The translations under genes were made by a program, and so were the position numbers. A DNA stretch of 62,628 nucleotides, filler included, from Corallochytrium limacisporum Hawaii (taxonomy: Eukaryota; Protista; Pluriformea): NCBI GenBank assembly GCA_002811645.1. It is 4 parts of 4 records of this genome, joined end to end, with 100 filler letters (N's around TTAATTAATTAA, not from the genome) between each part and the next. Parts side by side here need not be neighbours in the genome. Positions count along the whole stretch, not along the records: positions 52,706 to 58,015 come from PDIP01000138.1; positions 58,116 to 62,628 come from PDIP01000213.1; 2 more parts are not named here. One strand, 5' to 3'. The notes beneath the pieces are model-generated. The model had not been told where the DNA came from. It worked only from the letters and a program-made list of their open reading frames with translations, and searched no databases. Of this stretch, positions 55,824 to 62,628 are shown piece by piece. Positions within the stretch are counted from its first letter, which is position 1. Every line of letters starts with the position of its first letter.

Positions 55824-57017
55824 CTACAGAGCGATCGAGCCATCGGCGTTGAAAGAGATGTCGTTGTGATCTTCTTTCTTGTCCTCCAATGCTCGTACCC
55901 ACATGGGTTCACTGTCGTCTGAGGAGCCGTCTTCATCATCCGAGGAATCAAAGAGCCGACGTTTCTCTTGCGGGCGGCCACGATCGTTTCTTTCACGTAG
56001 ATTGTGTCCCTTGATCACGTTTGTCTTGTCCTTTGGCGTCCTGCACATCTCACATTTTTGAACGGATCGGTTTGTGAAGGTGCACTTACTGCAAGTCCAC
56101 CTGTTCCGAACGCCATCACCGCCATTTAACTGCTGCTGCTTCTGCTCATCCACATCCATGTTTTCATCGCCTGTCTCCTCATCACTGCTGTCGTCGATGA
56201 CAATAATCTCAATGTCTTCGTCATCATCCTTATCTATCTTTGTCGGATTGGTTCGAGCCCTAGAAGCGCTCTCAGAAGAAGAATCAGACGACCCGACTGA
56301 CAGATCCTCCATGCTCTCCCGGAGGCTGTTCCGCTGTACAGTGCCCAACGGATGTGTACGTGGCAGCAGATGGTGCAGCGGTTTGACTTTGGGAATTGGT
56401 AATGGTCCTTTGTATCGCTTCTTCCGGTTTCCGCACCACTCGATCAGCGACTCAAGCCAAATCACTCGTGCTGAGACGCTCTGTAGATCTGTGCTTAGAC
56501 TATTCCGAAAGCCTGCCACGGCAACGGGCACTGCGTACTCATCCGAAGCAATCTTTATTACTTCGGTAAAGTCCCCGTCACCTGCCAGTAGGACTACTGC
56601 ATCACATTGCCTTTGAATGAGATGCTTATGAACACGTAGAGCTAGCCGCACATCCACGCCTTTCTGCATGTTCACAGTGTGCGTCTGATTGTGGCAGTAA
56701 CAGCGCACTGTGCGCTGCTTCATGTCTGACAGATCTATCCGCAGGTGCGCTCCATCAAAGGACATCAGTTTACGATGAAGTCTTTGTTGGATCTGCCGTG
56801 CCTGGACTCCATTGTGGTGCGCCGTAAAATACCATTTCTCGTAGAGATCTACGTTCAATGCCTGGCCAATGGCTGAGAAGAGTGAGTCATAGTCGAAATT
56901 GAAGATGTCATGGTCGCTGCTGAACCCCTCTTGTTTCAAACCGTGATTCAGATATTCGCCGTCTATGGCTAACAGTGCCCTTAAGCGGGTCCCGGTTCCC
57001 GAAGACGATGAGGCCAT
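55824..57017 (-). CDS. NYN (LabA/DUF88 PIN-like) ribonuclease domain plus acidic linker and RanBP2-type zinc finger
   Basis: LAIDGEYL, MQKGVDV, LLAGDGDF, V.VAGF..SLS..L; then WTCSKCTFTNRSVQKCEMC. Confidence 0.85.
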   Translation of the reverse strand: MASSSSGTGTRLRALLAIDGEYLNHGLKQEGFSSDHDIFNFDYDSLFSAIGQALNVDLYEKWYFTAHHNGVQARQIQQRLHRKLMSFDGAHLRIDLSDMKQRTVRCYCHNQTHTVNMQKGVDVRLALRVHKHLIQRQCDAVVLLAGDGDFTEVIKIASDEYAVPVAVAGFRNSLSTDLQSVSARVIWLESLIEWCGNRKKRYKGPLPIPKVKPLHHLLPRTHPLGTVQRNSLRESMEDLSVGSSDSSSESASRARTNPTKIDKDDDEDIEIIVIDDSSDEETGDENMDVDEQKQQQLNGGDGVRNRWTCSKCTFTNRSVQKCEMCRTPKDKTNVIKGHNLRERNDRGRPQEKRRLFDSSDDEDGSSDDSEPMWVRALEDKKEDHNDISFNADGSIAL

Positions 57018-58015
57018 CTATGTCATATTGTGCATTGACCACTGTATATATTCAAGTGCGCGTCTACCTCATTGACTCATTCACTGGTCGTCGTATCGCA
57101 TCATTCGAAAGTTACGAACAGAACACCAATACTTTTCGAACTGAAAGATATTATAAGGTCTTATTTGTTCCTTCCAAGTACCTTGGAGCCACTAAGGAGC
57201 AAAGGTTTACCAAAGTCTTGGCATAAGGGGGGAATGCGGTGCTGGCCCGGTCTCACATCTGCATCGACACAGGTTCCTCCCGCCGTTCGTGACCCAGCCC
57301 GCCAAAGTGCGAATAAAATAGACTCCCGACCGTCCCGACAGACTCACCACCTAAAGCCCCCCCCCCCCCTTTTCACAGTCTTGACCGGCACTACTGAACT
57401 TGCTCTCTCACCTCGCTTTCAGTTCTCTCACTACGCATGTGGTCTCTCCCCCGAAGCCGCCGAAGACCAAATAAAAAAAGGAAAGCCAGAGCAATCACCA
57501 CTCCCATGTGTTAGCATAGTATTTTCCTTTGTCTCGCCGGTGTTGCCTTGGCTAGCATTCACTTAGCTGCCTGCATAGGTGATGAGATTTGAGAACAAAA
57601 AGTTGGAACACCGTGTGCCCGGTAGGGAGAACAACCCTTGGAAAACCAACCAAAAAAAAGCCGGACCCGGGCGATTTGCGCGGCGGAGTGTGAGTTTTTT
57701 CTTTCCAGTAAGCCCGAGGTCGGCGCGGAGAGAGAGGAGAGAGATGGTAGTTGTGCACCCTTGCCTGGAAAAACCCTGGGGCACCACCCCACCAAAAAGA
57801 AAAAACTCCAAGCGGCGAAGTTGGGTGGGGAGGGTTTGTTGCACGTGCCAAATTGTGAGTCAGTCGCAAGGGTCTCTCACAGTCTCTGGCACAACGGGGC
57901 CTGAAGGGGGGGGGCACTGGCTACACACACCTGGCCCGTCCGTCTCTCTTGGTGTACCACCCTCTGTCTGAGAATATTGTATCAAATCTACTCATTTTGA
58001 TTTAGCTCTGCCGTC

Positions 58016-58114
58016 NNNNNNNNNNNNNNNNNNNNNNNNNNNNNNNNNNNNNNNNNNNNTTAATTAATTAANNNNNNNNNNNNNNNNNNNNNNNNNNNNN
58101 NNNNNNNNNNNNNN
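58016..58114. other. Artificial contig linker
   Basis: TTAATTAATTAA at 58060-58071, flanked by N runs. Confidence 0.95.
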
Positions 58115-58883
58115 NGCGAATTTCTCCCTCCCTCCTTATTCCGGTTGATTAAATGTGATTTGGAGCAATATTGCGACGCAGAGGATAGTAGCAATCAAAA
58201 CATATTTCAACAATTGATTTTGCACAGAAATCAATCTGCATCCGCCGTCCAGCCGTTGCGAATATTAATTGAGAATTTTCTTGACATCGTTGTACTGGCG
58301 GGGCATAATAGCCGAGGCGAGCTCCATGACACAATCTGTAGTAGGAACATTAATGGGAGGAGGTGGATTGCAAGAAAAATTTACGAAGTCTTCTTGCTCC
58401 CTGAGTTTCGAGGATTTCTGCTATAACACGATTGTCCCACCGTATTTAACACGGAAGGCCTTGGTGAAGCAGACGTCGTTGGTCAGATCGTTGTCAGGGG
58501 GTCAACAGCGTACACACCCAAATACAAATGTTATCAACCCGTCACTGTTCAGTCGCCTTACTACACTCGTCCAGTAACGGAAGATAGTGACTCCGTAGAA
58601 TTGCTGTAGGTCACAAAACTGTATATCCTGTTCCTCCGAAAGTTCGCATGAATTGAACGACCAAGACGCTGCATAGACATAGCATGATCACACATCTTCA
58701 ACTCAGGTGAATCTAACAAGTTGGTGGGGTATCTGATAATAAGAACGGCGAAGAATTGGAAAGAAACGGACCTCGTGTTCACCACTTAGTGGTTGTTCCG
58801 GTTGTGAATGGAGCGGTCAAGCTTATAACCGAAGTTACCATGGACGGGATCGACCCGTCCCAGCGACGGGACTATTGAATAAA

Positions 58884-58893
58884 GGTATTTAAG
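58884..58893 (+). promoter_or_regulatory. TATA-variant GGTATTTAAG
   Basis: About 135 nt before ATG 59029; same 10-mer and spacing as at SLC34. Confidence 0.45.
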
Positions 58894-59028
58894 TCTCCAT
58901 CGAATGACATCTAAAGACTGTGAAAGCAGAGAAATAATCCATTCTGAAAAAGAAACGCATCAAAAACATCCACGACCTTCTCGTCATTTCCAGTTTTCTG
59001 ATCAGCCTCGAAAACAATACGTTTCATC

Positions 59029-59466
59029 ATGAAGATTTTCCAGGTTATTTTCATTGCTGTTTTCGCCATTCTCAGCGCCATGGCATCCCACGATGTGAAG
59101 GTAAAGAATATCAGTTTTGACCCGACTCTCGACATTACTCTCATTTTCCGTGCCAGAGGCTGTGCTGGAGTTGCCGCGTCAAAGTGGTGCAATGGGCATA
59201 CGTATTCTGAAATGTGTCACGTAGAGAGCACTTTGCGGCCGGGTAACGAATACACCCACAAGTATTCCAATACAAAGTCTGGCCTCAATGTCGCATGGTG
59301 TTCGACTGATCATCGATCTAGTGATCTGACCCCGGCTCACCGTGACGTGAACTATGGCAGAACGTACTACGCCTGCGTGGCCAACGGCCCCGACGGCAAT
59401 CAAGTCTATGCCCGATTTTCTGACAATCTTAACGATTTTTCTCCCATCTATTGCAAAACTGCTTAA
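59029..59466 (+). CDS. Small secreted Cys-rich protein of unknown family
   Basis: Clear signal peptide (MKIFQVIFIAVFAILSAMA), six Cys, upstream TATA-like element. Confidence 0.75.
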   Translation: MKIFQVIFIAVFAILSAMASHDVKVKNISFDPTLDITLIFRARGCAGVAASKWCNGHTYSEMCHVESTLRPGNEYTHKYSNTKSGLNVAWCSTDHRSSDLTPAHRDVNYGRTYYACVANGPDGNQVYARFSDNLNDFSPIYCKTA

Positions 59467-61923
59467 ATCACATTTTCAACCGTTTCTCACATGGTTGCGA
59501 ATGGTAGTGGTGCCAATGTTACGAGCCTTCGCGGCAGGCGTGTGTGTACGCCACTATCTAGATACAGTCTACCATGAATGGCGAAAAGCAAATTACTTGT
59601 TATGTTTCAATTAAAGAGAATCAAATTCAGTAATTTCGATCTGCTGTCTCGTGTCAGAGTTTTCCTCTGACTTCTTGGAGTTCTGCTCCCCACATGAGAC
59701 ATATCAAGGCATATTGGGAAGAACGGGCGATACTGCTCTATCTGTCTAAATTGTTCTTGGGACTCACTTTGTAAGTGAGCCGGACACATGTGACGTCATA
59801 TGGTCCATACCGCAACATGCTCATATATCGCAGACCACTAAAAAAACTGATTTGCATAGTCATGCTCGGATCTTAGGGATTATTCATACCGGTTCCATAC
59901 ATCTGCAAACGGAGTGGCAGAAGGCAATCCTGGTTCCCTACTCATGGATATTTGGGGCTGCGACACTACCGATATGACCAAGGAAGGCCGTCACCGCAAC
60001 GGCTGTGACAGAATCTCCATAAAATTTCGCCTCATAAGGGTTTGCGGTGGTCAGAGCGCACGAGGTTCGGCAACCAATGACAATTTCAATCTCAGCTCTC
60101 TGATCGTTGTCGATGGTCGTATGCCGTATGATGCTGCAGACGACGAAGGGCACCTGTACACCATCAAACGTACTTGCTGAATGCCTGGGAATGTGAAAGT
60201 CTTTAGGTAAGGCCAGTATGGCCAGGCACAGAGAGCTAGCGATGCATAACGATCCACTGCTTTTGAAGTCTACAGCAGCATTCATCTTGTGAAAAAGTCA
60301 CTGTCTGCTACTGATATTGAATCCTGATACCACGGTACTGCTAAGGTCATTTCTAAAGCCTGTGTGCTTTTCCAGGATAAAGGGTTCGCCTGGAAACCTG
60401 GGCGACTGACTGTTTCGGGAGCGGAGGAAACACAATATAGTATTTCCAGTTCTTAGAAAAGTATTCATCGGTAGCCGAGCCCGTTTCCTTAATCCTCTAC
60501 ATAGCTAGGGAAATCTACGCGGAAGGATTTATCGTTGTTTGCGATGTGTTCACTCACTGCATACTCCCCTATCTTCGTCCCGACATCAGTTGCCGTATAG
60601 CAATAGTGCTATCTTCTCCGCAGGAGGGCTTTGGCTATAGAGGGACTTGCTACTAGTCAGTGTAGGGATATTGGATTCCCGCCGTAACACGACCGCAGAG
60701 GCCGATCGCACCTTAGCGAGATGCTGGTGCGATGGTTCTCGCACCACGCAAGGAGAATTCTAAGTTGTCAGCATGCATACAATCAGACTACAGAAAACCC
60801 GGGAATAGATTTCAGTGGTATTGGCCTTTGATGAGGATGTCCATCGCGGTTACTTACTTGCAATCTTAGACCGTAACAACGAGATGGCATACCGCGGAGG
60901 GAAGTTGCGGTGGATATCAGCAGTTGGAGACCGCAGGATTTGTTCCTCTCCCTTGGCAGGGTCTCATGGCATGGTTTTTCTTCTGAACCATTGTCAAAAA
61001 TATCCGTCGACATAAATGCACTGCACGTTTACATGTAGAGCACTATTCACAAGTTTTCTTTACTTGCGCAATGCGTTACCATATGCTATGCACACGGCAC
61101 ACCGGATTACTGACCTAAATCCACGGTGGTGAATGTTTATCCAGGTTACAAACGGCGCGTTTGCGAGTTAGCTGAGAGGTGTGAAATGAAAGATCACTGT
61201 GTGCAGTGGTGGACATTGGAAACGGGGAGATTTTGACCGATCTCGTGGAAGGTCAGTGTGTCATTCGCTGAAAACCCTTGCCATCGGCGTATAAACACAC
61301 CCCACAAAGTCGGAGAGGATGGACACTACTCCGCTGGGGCCTGGTCCTCCGCCGAACAGTCTCACCGGGGGGCAGTACCCAGGTTTACGAATGGGGGGCC
61401 CAGAGGCAAAGCCACTCGTGGGCTGCAAGGTCTGAGATCTTAGTCGAAACTGCCGGTCTACTATGACCGCATTGGTGGCAGGAGTACCACCATATCTTTT
61501 TCAGCAGATGCCACCTTCTCCCCGTTTCGTGCTAAGGGGTCGTTGAATGCAAATGCATACCCTACTGTCCCCAGCAAATTTCCGTAAAAATAACCGCAAA
61601 ATTGGACCGTGTTGTGGGTTCGGGACAGGTGAAGCAAACTGTTAAGGATTTCCTGCCATTTACAAAAGCTGAGACGGGGAAGGATTGCTTACAAAAGTCC
61701 AATACGGGAAGAGAGGCGCAGGAGTACCACCGGCGACAACGACCGGCGCAAACTCCCGCTGCTGGGTGGGGAAAAGGAACGTTCAGTTGGGACGATGAAA
61801 CTGTCCTCGTCCAGCCCACAGGTTGCAGCAAAGGTGTTAAAGGATCCCGATCCTATGTATTCACGATCGCATTTAGGATCAATAAGGACCATCAAAACCT
61901 TAAACATTTCAATTCACGGCAAC

Positions 61924-62475
61924 ATGATAACAATCTCGAAATATTTAAGCTGCCTAGTGATACTAGGAGCCCTAATATCTCGCGGTGCGGCAGCCCTGTC
62001 CAACACTCCCCAGGGTACCAGCCCCATCACTGGTATAGTCTTGGCCATCAACAATGGTACCAACTATACTGGAACCATTACACACAGTGGCGATGTCGCG
62101 TATGAGTACGATTCCTACACGTGGCCCAGTGACTACGCTAACGATACAACTGTTACCATGAACATTATTGCTACACACCACGATTGTACTAATGCCACTG
62201 GAGAAATTGATTTCAACTTCGACTCGGGATTGGGTGTCGCCAAATTCTTTGTTAAATACCAGTGGGTGTTCGATGGATGCGCGCCGGCCTTCATATCCGC
62301 TATAGGTCCAAACCCCAACAACATTAACGCCGTAATCCTCATGACTTACCCTGCGATGGATATCGGTGTCCCTATTGTGTATTTTTCTGCCTGTCCTGAT
62401 GATGTCGCTATTAGGAATAAAGGATGCCCACACCCTCCCGGTTACAACGTGGCTGGACTAGTCGGCATTGGCTAA
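61924..62475 (+). CDS. Small secreted beta-rich glycoprotein of unknown family
   Basis: Signal peptide MITISKYLSCLVILGALISRGAAA, several N-x-T sites, four Cys in the mature part. ATG 61924 preferred over the ORF-track start at 61795. Confidence 0.7.
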   Translation: MITISKYLSCLVILGALISRGAAALSNTPQGTSPITGIVLAINNGTNYTGTITHSGDVAYEYDSYTWPSDYANDTTVTMNIIATHHDCTNATGEIDFNFDSGLGVAKFFVKYQWVFDGCAPAFISAIGPNPNNINAVILMTYPAMDIGVPIVYFSACPDDVAIRNKGCPHPPGYNVAGLVGIG

Positions 62476-62620
62476 TTGCTCAAATCGTTAGAGCATTTAT
62501 GCACACCCGAACGATGCAGAAGAAACTGCACTCTGCCAGCTTCCCTTTTGCACCATAAACAGCCTATACCGAACCATGATAACTTATCTATTCCTTGGGT
62601 TTGAATTTTCAGTATGATCC

Positions 62621-62628
62621 TAGGGTTA
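62621..62628 (+). repeat. Possible start of telomeric (TTAGGG)n at sequence end
   Basis: The window terminates in TAGGGTTA, in phase with the repeat at 52591-52605; only 8 nt visible. Confidence 0.5.

Noticed and set aside
59914-60285. Overlapping 88-aa (+) and 115-aa (-) ORFs
   Set aside because: No motif, convincing signal peptide or compositional support for either.

Overview
Eukaryotic nuclear scaffold carrying 19 recognisable protein-coding genes, none with an intron inside its CDS. XRN2, cytosolic ThrRS, TANGO6/Rtp1, PLD, SLC34 and DDX5/DBP2 look opisthokont-like. An intron-poor unicellular holozoan such as Corallochytrium is a plausible but unverified source. The window is four pieces joined by artificial 100-nt spacers (44N-TTAATTAATTAA-44N), so adjacency across 26420-26519, 52606-52705 and 58016-58114 is not biological evidence. 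Housekeeping genes are mixed with patchy or bacterial-type genes: an Agd3-like polysaccharide deacetylase, a DUF4955-like beta-helix/CBM enzyme, DUF1348, a frameshifted CoA-disulfide reductase-rhodanese, a Tag glycosylase, two fibro-slime/PA14 paralogues, an aerolysin/ETX-like protein and an NYN nuclease. The most notable observations are as follows. (1) A Tag-fold protein has a rewired base-binding pocket and is fused to a histone-H1-like tail. (2) Two pieces end in TTAGGG telomere-phase sequence only 145-185 nt after secreted-protein genes, one a putative pore-forming toxin. (3) A PLD has seven tandem Cys/His repeats in place of PX/PH. (4) The PA14 paralogues have divergent N-terminal regions but about 700 identical nt at the 3' end. 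(5) There are hints that splicing persists only in 5' leaders. (6) CnGn palindromes recur in intergenic DNA. (7) A hairpin-rich region follows DDX5. All family assignments are from motif recognition by eye; no database searches were run.
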